Assembly (NCBI GenBank): GCA_965207145.1
Contig: OZ242262.1
Span: forward strand, 8,827-72,826
Reading direction: 5' to 3'
Source: Dehalococcoidia bacterium
Lineage (GTDB): Bacteria > Chloroflexota > Dehalococcoidia > Lucifugimonadales > UBA2962
Length of the DNA: 64,000 nucleotides
Positions within the stretch are counted from its first letter, which is position 1. The number at the start of each line of letters is the position of its first letter. The notes under the pieces are model-generated. The model had not been told where the DNA came from. It was given only the letters and a program-made list of their open reading frames with translations, and did no database searches. The position numbers and the translations under genes were made by a program. Shown one piece after another: positions 18,578 to 27,350 of the stretch.

Positions 18578-20320
18578 CTAGAACAACCCGTCGAGGTTAT
18601 CCCAAAGGTTCCGCCACCACCCTCGATCCGATCCGTGGTCCGGCACGAAGTGGACCTCGTATGTCCCGCCCTCGCTCACCTTGAGCCATCCGCCCAATGT
18701 CAGCCGCTTGCCCAAGGAGACTTCTTCGAAAGCTCCAATCGGTACGCGTACGATCACCTGCTGCACGTAATTCCCCCGGTCAATCTCCAGAACCAGCTTG
18801 TCGACCTCCTTGGATACCAGCGTGCCGCCGACCATCACGCACACATCGCGGAAAAGGTCGCGGGCCGACGCAATCTGCGCTGGCGTCGGAATCGGCGGAG
18901 ATTCCAGGGGACATGGTTTGTCACGAGGCGAGACCACATCGAGGCTGAGCAGGACGATCAAGGCCACCACCCCTATGACCAGAAGACTTACCAACCATAT
19001 GAGGCACCCGCGGAGCCGTCCTCCGCCCTCCGGCTCCTCAAACAGCTCCCCTGACCTGTACTGTTGGTACTTGACCGATGGCGGCCGCTCCTGGGCAGTC
19101 GGAGACTCACGCTGCGATTCCAGCTCTCCAGCGATCTCTTCGCCCTGGTCGGTGGTCCCTCCGTGCGCCGTGAGTTCCGGCTGCACGGCATCCGACGATT
19201 CCCGGTCAAGTTGCTCCAGCTGTTCAAGCAACTGAATTTCCTCTTCGTAGCCCCACTGCGCAGCCGCCTTCGCCGCATCCTCCGACCGTCCGGTTAGCCA
19301 CCACTCCGGCGCGTGCATGAAGGCGCGATAGGCCGCGTCCAGTTCGGCGCCCCGCAGGGAGGATTCCCCGCTTGATCCGAACCACGGCGGAGCCGACGCC
19401 GCAACGTCGAGCCACGGCTGGGCCACATTGAACGCGACCGCGTGGGCCAGCATGGGGTCTGATTGGCTCCGAGCGCCGGGAGGGGAAGGGCCGGCCATGG
19501 ATGCTTTCCAGCCAAGCCACTGACTTATCTCAAGTGCCCCCGCTGGAGTTGGCTTCAGCATGCCTGTCCTTAGCCCCATCGCCGACGGCAGCGCAAGAAA
19601 CGAGTACAGGAGACCCGCGAACGCGCCGATCAGGACATTCGCCCACCACTGGTCAAGCCACAGAGACGCCCAGAACCCGCTGCCGACACCCGTCAAGATG
19701 GAAGCCACCATCCACCAATCACTTCCGTCGTCGGACTTCTCCCTCCTTACCCTGACAGGGTTGTCATCGAATAGTCCGCGCTGCCTCAGGTAGTCACCTA
19801 TCTGGTCGCCGATGGCATCCTCGCGCTTCTCTATCGCTTCCTTGAGCGCATCAACTGTTGAAAAGCGCGACGGCAGGCTGTTACATATCGTTCGCTCCCA
19901 GTCATAGTGTGTGAGTCCCTGCCGGGACAGCCGGTACAGGAAGCCGACCCTCGTTCCGACGGCCTCGATCCGCAACGTGCGGCGCTGGCACATCTCGATG
20001 ATGGAAGCCAGCAGTGCCGGGCTCCCTACCGCGTGAACTTCCAGCGCTGATACCGCAGCCGCTGGCATTGAATCCGGCTTCGGGGGCCCCGAGTACCACG
20101 TGCTCGCGTGCGGTGGGCGGTGCTTGGGCCACAGCCACAGAGCGATGATGAGCAGTTGCGCCAGGACCACCCCTACCGTGCGGAAGCTCCAGACCGCGAG
20201 CTGCTTCCAGCCCATATCCCGGAATTCGGGAAAGCCGCTTTCGGCGATGGCTCCGCCGGGGTCCAGCGCGAACAGCAAGCCGATGGCGGCAAGGACCGCC
20301 ACCGCTGTGACCACACTCAC
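18578..20320 (-). CDS. Large multi-pass membrane protein of unknown function (DUF2207-like, tentative).
   Basis: 580-aa ORF with several TM segments, an acidic low-complexity linker, one further TM segment and a C-terminal globular part. The family call is only a resemblance by eye. Confidence 0.55.
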   Translation of the reverse strand: MSVVTAVAVLAAIGLLFALDPGGAIAESGFPEFRDMGWKQLAVWSFRTVGVVLAQLLIIALWLWPKHRPPHASTWYSGPPKPDSMPAAAVSALEVHAVGSPALLASIIEMCQRRTLRIEAVGTRVGFLYRLSRQGLTHYDWERTICNSLPSRFSTVDALKEAIEKREDAIGDQIGDYLRQRGLFDDNPVRVRREKSDDGSDWWMVASILTGVGSGFWASLWLDQWWANVLIGAFAGLLYSFLALPSAMGLRTGMLKPTPAGALEISQWLGWKASMAGPSPPGARSQSDPMLAHAVAFNVAQPWLDVAASAPPWFGSSGESSLRGAELDAAYRAFMHAPEWWLTGRSEDAAKAAAQWGYEEEIQLLEQLEQLDRESSDAVQPELTAHGGTTDQGEEIAGELESQRESPTAQERPPSVKYQQYRSGELFEEPEGGGRLRGCLIWLVSLLVIGVVALIVLLSLDVVSPRDKPCPLESPPIPTPAQIASARDLFRDVCVMVGGTLVSKEVDKLVLEIDRGNYVQQVIVRVPIGAFEEVSLGKRLTLGGWLKVSEGGTYEVHFVPDHGSDRGWWRNLWDNLDGLF

Positions 20321-20829
20321 AATGCCCTGCCTTCCTTCTCCGGTCCCGCTACCTGACCTGACTCCACCGGACTTTGAAGGTGGAGACGCCCGGGGTAGTC
20401 TTACACCTCCCCTGAAAAGGCGGATGCGCTACCGCTATCCGCTCATTGAGGCCTGCATATCCCGGCGCGACTACCTAATCTGGTGGTCGACGCGCTACGA
20501 CAGATCGCTGGAGAGACCGGCTTGTATCGCCGGTCCATCCCAGTCACACAACCGTAGAGTCAAGACCACATACAGGTGGCCCGAACTGTTCGTCGACACC
20601 TACACCAGCATGCGGTGTAGACCTGCCCTCGCACTCCTTGACCAATCCGTCTCTGGCCATCCCCGTTCCCATATCCGTCTGAACAGGCCTGACGGCTTCA
20701 GCGGGCGGAATCGTCCCGGGGTCCGGCAACAGTCTAACCGGGCCGCTAACGGCGCAACGGGGGCACGATGGGCTGGCGCCAGCCCCGCTGCTACACAGGG
20801 TCTAGACCAGTGTGCTCGGAAACAGGCGG

Positions 20830-21069
20830 TTACCTGTCCTTGGAAGCTAGTTGCTGTATGACCTCGGTAATGAGGAATGCGACAAAGGATATGCCCAAAG
20901 GTATGACTATCGTCGCCAAGCCCGCCCATCCTGTAGCCTCGGCTCCGCTTGCTGAGTGCATGGCCTTTGCCGCGAGCGCCAGGGCTATACAGAATAGGGC
21001 GGCGCTCATCGCATAGCCGAGCATGAGCCTGTCTAGATTGATTTCAAACTTCATTACTGCCTCCCACAA
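20830..21069 (-). CDS. Small two-TM membrane protein (hypothetical).
   Basis: 79-aa ORF with two hydrophobic helices. It lies in a lower-GC stretch and has no homology evidence. Confidence 0.35.
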   Translation of the reverse strand: MWEAVMKFEINLDRLMLGYAMSAALFCIALALAAKAMHSASGAEATGWAGLATIVIPLGISFVAFLITEVIQQLASKDR

Positions 21070-21570
21070 ATGAATGGCGTGGATGGGTTAATCGGCGATT
21101 GTCTCGCCACTCCTGATCTTTCATTCCTTTTGTGCCTGCGCCTTACTATCACTAGCCGAGTCGATACGATCTGCTCCCAGAATTCTGTTCCAGTCGGAAC
21201 GTTAGTTCTGCGAGAAGTCGCGATTGCCACTGCTGTCCACGGCCCCCACAGCCTACAGCCATGTGATATGGCCCGCATATCAATCGACGATGATTTCGCA
21301 TGAATCGCTGTATGTTTTCTTCAAGCACTGGTTAGTTGGGTCCTCAGCCTGCAGAACACTCGAACCAGGCCGTCATGTGGCTCTTGAGCTGGAGCCGAAC
21401 CCCAAAAGGGCCGGCGAACGGCGAGCGCGGCCGACGATTGGGGAGACGTTAAGCATGCGGGTCCTCAAGCTCCCAATGGCCACCGACTGCATCACTGTTC
21501 CCATGGTGACTCCCGCAGTCTCACCGGATGGGCCAGTGACAAGCAACATAGCTCCCAAAGCGAGAGCCGG

Positions 21571-22656
21571 ATGAACGATGGCGGCTGCACTCGACGGCGA
21601 GGAGTACCGGATGCCATAGCCACTAGCTGGTCCTTGCCTACCTCCGCCATCCTCCTGGGGCTGCTGCTCCTAGGGACCATCACCGCGTGCGAGGACAATG
21701 CTCCGGAGGTCACGTCGCCGATCGTAACCTCTTCCCCCACAGCGACTGCGTCACCTACACCTGAGCCAACGGCCACGCCTACATCGACCGCCACGCCCAC
21801 AGCCACACCCGCACAGGCCGCGCCCCCCTCCCCCACAGCGACTGCGTCACCTACACCCGCGCCGACGGCCACGCCTACACCGACCGCCACAGCCACACCA
21901 ATCCTGATACCCACGGACACGCCTACACCAACGCCTGAGCCGACTGCCACGCCGACACCAACGCCTGAGCCGACTGCCACGCCGACACCCGGGCCGACTG
22001 CCACACCAGAAACGGGGACAGCTTCTCAAGAGTGGGTGGACGAGTTTCTGGAAGGGCTCGACGCCAATCCAGTTGTCGAAGACGCTGTTGCCGCCCTGGA
22101 GGAAAATCCGATTTTCAGAGCCGTCCGCACTCAGACGCTCTATGACGGAGACACTGAGATTTTTGATGCTGTCTTCGAGTACACGGGCGATTCCGACGCT
22201 CCCTTTTCGGCTCAGGGAACACACACTACGACTTCTATTGGCCGAATCTATGAACACGATTCAACGTGGCACTCGACCTGCCTCCGGGCAATCGCCCCTC
22301 GTGTACGGCATTGGCTGTATTTCGAACACGATCACTGGTGGAAAACTGGACCGAATCTAGAAATATTCGTCCCGGCCATTCCGTTCGCCTCTTTGTTTGT
22401 TGACGGCGCGGAGTGGGAGGCAATCGATGTCCACAGGCGAAGCGGCCCCCTCGAGCTTGTCCTCCGTACGACGCTTCCTGACGGCGTAAGCTACACCGTC
22501 CACATCTATCCAGAAGAACATCCCTTTCGCCTAGTCGCTGAAAAGACCTATCTCTTTGACCGACTCTTTTCTGACACGAATTACCTTTACGACATCGAAG
22601 AGACGCCGGCAGTCCATGAGAGTAAAGAAGACTGCCTCTCCCGCAATACCGGCTGA
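21571..22656 (+). CDS. Lipoprotein with a long Pro/Thr-rich linker and a C-terminal globular domain of unknown function.
   Basis: The signal and lipobox read LLGLLLLGTITAC, followed by about 110 aa of TPTPEPTATP-type low complexity and about 210 aa of ordinary composition. Confidence 0.65.
   Translation: MNDGGCTRRRGVPDAIATSWSLPTSAILLGLLLLGTITACEDNAPEVTSPIVTSSPTATASPTPEPTATPTSTATPTATPAQAAPPSPTATASPTPAPTATPTPTATATPILIPTDTPTPTPEPTATPTPTPEPTATPTPGPTATPETGTASQEWVDEFLEGLDANPVVEDAVAALEENPIFRAVRTQTLYDGDTEIFDAVFEYTGDSDAPFSAQGTHTTTSIGRIYEHDSTWHSTCLRAIAPRVRHWLYFEHDHWWKTGPNLEIFVPAIPFASLFVDGAEWEAIDVHRRSGPLELVLRTTLPDGVSYTVHIYPEEHPFRLVAEKTYLFDRLFSDTNYLYDIEETPAVHESKEDCLSRNTG
21736..21990 (+). repeat. Coding tandem repeats of the PT linker (96-bp and 30-bp periods).
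   Basis: cccacagcgactgcgtcacctacacc... recurs at about 21736 and 21832. acaccaacgcctgagccgactgccacgccg occurs twice in tandem at 21925-21984. Confidence 0.7.
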
Positions 22657-22739
22657 CCGATCCCTCAACCCCTGGACTGGCTCTGCCGTTCCTGATTCAA
22701 GGTTGCCACGCAGGCACGGGATATAGAACTCTCGGGAGA

Positions 22740-23018
22740 GTGACCTACGCGATCGGTATGTTCGCAACCGGCATGTCCCCGGCTTCGGCGTTGTTGGGAT
22801 TCGTCGCAGCATTGATGTTGGTATACGCACTGGGCAAGACGATCGTGAGAGGCCCTCGCGCTGCCTGGGAGATGCTGACATTGGCCTCGCTCATGACACT
22901 CGGCCTCGCGGTCCCATTCTTGTTGACCTTTGGATTCTTTGCCTCCCAAATCGGTCTCGCGCTGCTGTCTTTCTCCGTGGTCAAGCTCGCCAAGAGCTTA
23001 ATGATTCGCCAAACGTAG
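22740..23018 (+). CDS. Small three-TM membrane protein (hypothetical).
   Basis: 92-aa ORF that is hydrophobic throughout. The antisense ORF 22745..23107 looks less protein-like. Confidence 0.35.
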   Translation: MTYAIGMFATGMSPASALLGFVAALMLVYALGKTIVRGPRAAWEMLTLASLMTLGLAVPFLLTFGFFASQIGLALLSFSVVKLAKSLMIRQT

Positions 23019-23090
23019 TTTGAGTCATACCTGCCCTCTGAATTCTGCTCCGGCGGGAATGTCAATCGCCTGAATGGTTTAGCTTCCCGT

Positions 23091-23330
23091 CTAGGCCGAT
23101 ATCCCAAAGCACACTACTCTGGGGGCAAGGAGCGCAGAGCTGTGCCTAACTCGCGATCCTTTGAGTTGCTCTCCAGCTACAGTTGCGCGTTCCAGCCCAG
23201 CTTCTCCGCCCAGTCTCCAGCGGTCTTTAATCCGGCCGTTATGCGGTTCCACCGTCATGACAGTCCCATACGGTGAGCGATCCATCTCCTTGCGACCACA
23301 CCCTGAGCGTCCTGGAACGCGCGCACTGTA
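23091..23330 (-). pseudogene. Possible decayed C-terminal fragment of an integrase-core (rve) transposase.
   Basis: The translation ...TVEPHNGRIKDRWRLGGEAGLERATVAGEQLKGSRVRHSSALLAPRV loosely follows the rve pattern P-x-T-N-G-K-V-E-R-F-x-R-T-L ... Y-N-x-x-R-P-H-S-A-L-G. No catalytic DDE region is present. Confidence 0.25.
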
Positions 23331-23732
23331 GGAAATCCTGGAGGAGCTGGCAGTAGGGCCTGACGTGTGAAGTATCCGGCTATCGCCGCCATCACCGCGG
23401 TGATGGCTTCCCCCTCGGCTTTGCGACATGCAGTATGTCAGGAGATCACCTCTTCCGGAGGTGGGCCACCCTGCATCGTCACACTGGGAGCCAACGCGAC
23501 AACGTCCAGTCATGGAGTGCCGTCACGTGCGTGCGGCCAGTCGACCAACTAGACATGCTCCGATGTCAGCGGGAGACTGGGCGCTTCCTCGCCGGCGGCA
23601 AGTGGCTAGCCACGTTCAACCAAAGAGGCACTGCCGTTGTACTGGCGATCTGGGCGGCTCTCACCGCCGCGGGTATCTTCGCCTACACGTACGACCGGCA
23701 TTTCAGCCTCTGCTCGTGATGGGATTAGCCAG

Positions 23733-23747
23733 TGTAACAAAGTTACA
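23733..23747. promoter_or_regulatory. Perfect palindrome TGTAAC-AAA-GTTACA, about 215 nt upstream of the orphan response regulator.
   Basis: Read directly. The same 15-mer (reverse complement) recurs at 55104-55118 upstream of the paralogous regulator. Confidence 0.5.
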
Positions 23748-23963
23748 TCGGTCGGAGAACGTTGGGATCGTCACTGCACCTGCTCATCAAAGTGAATTAG
23801 ATTAGTCTATAGACGCTTCAGCTGGAAATGTGGGGACGATCTGCTCCACAGCCTTTTGTGACTTGTATAACTAAGTTGACAGCGAAATAAACTTGCCATT
23901 AGATTGGTCGGCAAGGCAAAGCGCTTGACCTCGAGTGGTCCCCCCGGAAGGAGTCGGATTGCC

Positions 23964-24476
23964 ATGGAGGAACAGGAAGGCGGAGTAGAGGTGCTTCTTG
24001 TCGAAGACAACCCTGGAGACGCAAGACTCACCCAAGAGGCACTGAAGGATTCCAAGTACGAGGTGAACGTGTCCGTCGCCGAGGACGGTGAAATAGCCCT
24101 GTCACGCCTCCGCAAGGAGGGCGAGTTCGCCGACACGCTATCTCCCGAGCTGATTCTCCTCGACCTGCAACTACCGAAATACTCAGGCGTAGAGATCTTG
24201 ACCGAGATGGACAGGGACGAAGAATTGCGCCAGATACCGGTTGTCGTACTGACCGGTACTTTGGCTGAGGGCAGTATGCTTGAGTCGTATGGGATTTCGC
24301 CGTCGCGTTTCATGAGAAAGCCCATTGACGTTGCCCGCTTTGACGTGACCGTGACAGCTACGCGGTCGCATTCGAAGAAGGCGAACGTCCTCTCGCCTGA
24401 CGTTCTGGCCCAAGCATCTCCAATCACGGAAGCCCGCACACCTTCAAGCAAGCACTGGTGGTGGCCGTTCGGATAG
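23964..24476 (+). CDS. Stand-alone response-regulator receiver with a C-terminal WWWPFG tail; orphan paralogue of 54392..54889.
   Basis: MEEQEGGVEVLLVEDNPGDARLTQEALKDSK...LILLDLQLPKYSG...PVVVLTG...MRKP is a CheY-like receiver. The ATG at 23964 is preceded by GGAAGGAG. The tail ends ...SSKHWWWPFG. Confidence 0.85.
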   Translation: MEEQEGGVEVLLVEDNPGDARLTQEALKDSKYEVNVSVAEDGEIALSRLRKEGEFADTLSPELILLDLQLPKYSGVEILTEMDRDEELRQIPVVVLTGTLAEGSMLESYGISPSRFMRKPIDVARFDVTVTATRSHSKKANVLSPDVLAQASPITEARTPSSKHWWWPFG

Positions 24477-24736
24477 GCACGGATCTATTCTTGGAGCCGT
24501 GACTCTAGGGTCGGACGCAAGTCCGAGTCCCGCCATCCGATCAACGGTCGACCGAGTGCGATTGCCCCTCTTGGCATGACGCGGCGGTCTCTGCCAATGC
24601 AGATTCCGCTAATGCACCACGTGTGGGGGCGTTACTCCCCATCGCGCCAGGTCTACGCACACGCACACCCAGATTCTCGCTTCAGGCGCCGACTACAATC
24701 AGCCTGCCATCCATATGTTCCAGACAAGGTGCGAGT

Positions 24737-25858
24737 ATGAGAATCGAGACCCTTGCCGTTCACAGCGGCCGACATGTCGACCCGGCCACCGGCGCAGTTA
24801 CCCCACCGATACATATGTCAACTACGTTTCAACGAGGGGTCGACGGCTCATATCCCCAGGGGTACGTCTACGGACGGTCTGACAACCCCACCCGGTCCCA
24901 TTTGGAGGAGTGCATCCGGGACTTGGAAGGTGGAATGGCTGCCGCGGCGTTCTCTTCAGGCTTGGCGGCAATCTCGGCTGTCTTCCAGTCCCTGGCCCCC
25001 GGCGACCACATAGTCGCCCCCAAGGACATCTATCACGGGACGACCCTGCTGCTGCGGGACCGACTGGCCCGTTGGGGCCTCAAGGCCACCTTTGTTGACA
25101 TGACGGTCACTGATAGGGTCCGCGAGGCGATCACACCTGCTACCAAGCTCATCCTCGTAGAGACCCCTTCCAATCCTTTGCTGAAGATCACCGACATCGC
25201 CGCGGTGGCGCAGTTGGCACGTCAGAGAGGAATCGTTTGTGTCTGCGACAACACCTGGGCCACACCTGTGCTGCAGCGGTGCCTGGAGCTAGGAGCGGAC
25301 ATGGCAGTCCACTCGACCACGAAGTACCTCGGCGGCCACGGCGACGTTACCGGGGGAGTAGTGGTCAGCGACGGGAACAACGCCATGTTCGAAGAGATAC
25401 GGGCGATACAGCAAGGCGGCGGGGCTGTCCCGTCTCCTTTCGATTGCTGGCTGATTCTCAGGGGAATACGAACCCTGCCCTACCGCATGCGTGCCCACTC
25501 CGAAAACGCTGCCAGAGTAGCCGCCTTCCTGAACGGCCATCCCCGCGTCCTGAAGGTCTTCTATCCGGGGCTTAGAGCTCATGCCGGACACGACGTCGCA
25601 CGTTGCCAGATGAGCATGTTCGGGGGGATGCTGTCTTTCCGGGTCCGCGGCGGTGAGGAGGCAGCTTTCAGGGTTGCCGCTCGGACTTCCCTGTTCACTC
25701 GAGCTACAAGCCTGGGCAGCTACGAAAGCCTGATCGAGCACCGGGCCTCCATTGAGGACCCTGGCAGTGCTACTCCCACTGACCTGCTGCGAGTGTCGGT
25801 AGGCCTTGAAAACGCCGAAGATCTAGTCTTGGACCTTGAACAGGCCCTAGCCGAATAG
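24737..25858 (+). CDS. PLP-dependent Cys/Met-metabolism enzyme (cystathionine gamma-synthase / gamma-lyase / beta-lyase family).
   Basis: MRIETLAVHSGRHVDPATGAVTPPIHMSTTF... together with the PLP-lysine region HSTTKYLGGHGDVTGG. The ATG at 24737 follows AAGGTG. Confidence 0.85.
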   Translation: MRIETLAVHSGRHVDPATGAVTPPIHMSTTFQRGVDGSYPQGYVYGRSDNPTRSHLEECIRDLEGGMAAAAFSSGLAAISAVFQSLAPGDHIVAPKDIYHGTTLLLRDRLARWGLKATFVDMTVTDRVREAITPATKLILVETPSNPLLKITDIAAVAQLARQRGIVCVCDNTWATPVLQRCLELGADMAVHSTTKYLGGHGDVTGGVVVSDGNNAMFEEIRAIQQGGGAVPSPFDCWLILRGIRTLPYRMRAHSENAARVAAFLNGHPRVLKVFYPGLRAHAGHDVARCQMSMFGGMLSFRVRGGEEAAFRVAARTSLFTRATSLGSYESLIEHRASIEDPGSATPTDLLRVSVGLENAEDLVLDLEQALAE

Positions 25859-25884
25859 AGGGTGCAGCGACTCTCCGATACGAT

Positions 25885-26105
25885 TCATTCGCTCAGCTTG
25901 ATCCATCTCAGCCGAGCGCGAACTTACAGCACACAGAAATCTGCCAAAGCATACGAATCTGGGGAAGAGAACAAGGGCCTCTGCATCCTTCACCTGTCCT
26001 TCACTTCCTATCCACCAGTCCACCACCCGGTCGGTGGCGCTGCAGCCTAAAGTGATATGACGTATGGAAAGGTTCTACGGTCAGTCACCTATGACCACCA
26101 CTCGG
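25885..26105 (+). repeat. Copy A of a roughly 220-bp dispersed intergenic element (copy B at 44365-44595).
   Basis: Co-linear same-strand similarity with 1-nt indels, for example GGAAAGGTTCTACGGTCAGTCACC vs TGAAGGGTTCTACGCTCACTCACC, and TATCCACCAGTCC vs TCTCCACCAGTTC. Confidence 0.5.
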
Positions 26106-26148
26106 TGCAACGTGGAAGGCTTATCTCACCGTATTGGCGGAACAGAGA

Positions 26149-27315
26149 TCACGGCCGCTGGGAAGTTGGGATCCAGCCGCGCTCCTCGCGCCAGCCTGGG
26201 CCGACGTCAGAGAATCGGCCCAGTCCAAGGGCACTGATGTCTATCCTCGACTCGCCGTAAAGCACCAGGTCGCTTACGGCCTTGCCCGTGGCCGGCGCGA
26301 TGCCGAACCCATGCGCCGACGCCGTGACGACAACGTAGTTGCTCACGCCGTCCGCGATGTCGATGATGGGTAGATAGTCCGGGGCCTGTTCCACCACTCC
26401 GGCCCAGCTTCGGATTACCGGTACGTCCGCCACCCGCGGAAGAAGCTCCGCGAGCCTCCTGGCGATATTCCTGATGAGGGGGGTATTGGGCTTGTGCGGG
26501 TCGGTGACTAGGTCCACGTCGATCCATTCATGCGGGCCTCCCCCAAAGAGTAGATTGCCCCTGGCCGCCTGACGCCCGTATAGACCATTGCCCACAAGGG
26601 CGATGTCGAAGAGCGGTTCGAGAGGGGCGGTTGCCAGGATCTCCACCCTTGCCGGTGCAACGGGAACGTGAATGCCAACCATATCCGCCAGCAGACCTGT
26701 CTGGGGCCCGGCGGCGGCGACCACCATATCGGCCTCAATAGAGCCCGCGGCCGTCTCCACGGATGAGACCCTTTCGCCGACAACCGACATGCCCGTGACG
26801 GCGGTGTTCTGATAGAGTCTGCCCCCCAGATCCTGGAAGGCCCATGCGAATGCCTGGACCGTCCGCTGAGGGTTGGCGTGACCGCCATTGGCGAAGAAAA
26901 GCCCGCCCAATGTTCTCCCCGTGATTTCGGGAATCAGTCCTTGAATCTCCGAAGGGTCGAGCAGTTCTACACTGAGGCCGTGGCGCAGCGCTTCCTCTCT
27001 CTCCGTGTACAGGTCGCCCATCTCCTCTTCACTGACGGCGACCTGGAGCCTGCCCTCGTGTGTGAACTCCGTCGGATAGCCCAGTTCATCGTCCAGCGTC
27101 GGCCATATCTTTAGGGACTCTACCCCCATGGGTATCATCGGAGGCTCGTCGACCCGTTCGCTGATCATTCCGCCGTTTCGCCCGGAGGCCTCGCCGCCCA
27201 CGGTGCCCTTATCGACCACCACGACATCCTTGCCCGCCTTGGCAAGATAGTAGGCCGAGGCCAGGCCCGAAACGCCGGCTCCGATGACGACTACATCTGC
27301 ACTTCTTTCAGGCAT
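26149..27315 (-). CDS. FAD-dependent oxidoreductase, DAO family (SoxB / HcnC / OoxB-like).
   Basis: The N-terminal dinucleotide fold is DVVVIGAGVSGLASAYYLAKAGKDVVVVDKG. 388 aa, typical for the family. Confidence 0.85.
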   Translation of the reverse strand: MPERSADVVVIGAGVSGLASAYYLAKAGKDVVVVDKGTVGGEASGRNGGMISERVDEPPMIPMGVESLKIWPTLDDELGYPTEFTHEGRLQVAVSEEEMGDLYTEREEALRHGLSVELLDPSEIQGLIPEITGRTLGGLFFANGGHANPQRTVQAFAWAFQDLGGRLYQNTAVTGMSVVGERVSSVETAAGSIEADMVVAAAGPQTGLLADMVGIHVPVAPARVEILATAPLEPLFDIALVGNGLYGRQAARGNLLFGGGPHEWIDVDLVTDPHKPNTPLIRNIARRLAELLPRVADVPVIRSWAGVVEQAPDYLPIIDIADGVSNYVVVTASAHGFGIAPATGKAVSDLVLYGESRIDISALGLGRFSDVGPGWREERGWIPTSQRP

Positions 27316-27350
27316 GATCCCACTCCGGTGGCTCGATCCTGAACCGTCCT

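Noticed and set aside
20100-20861. 253-aa plus-strand ORF in the gap after the large membrane protein.
   Set aside because: It overlaps the 5' end of the minus-strand membrane-protein gene, has a Ser/Arg/Pro-rich composition, and shows no motifs or RBS.
21492-22004. 170-aa Gly/Val-rich minus-strand ORF.
   Set aside because: It is the antisense reading of the Pro/Thr-rich linker of the plus-strand lipoprotein.
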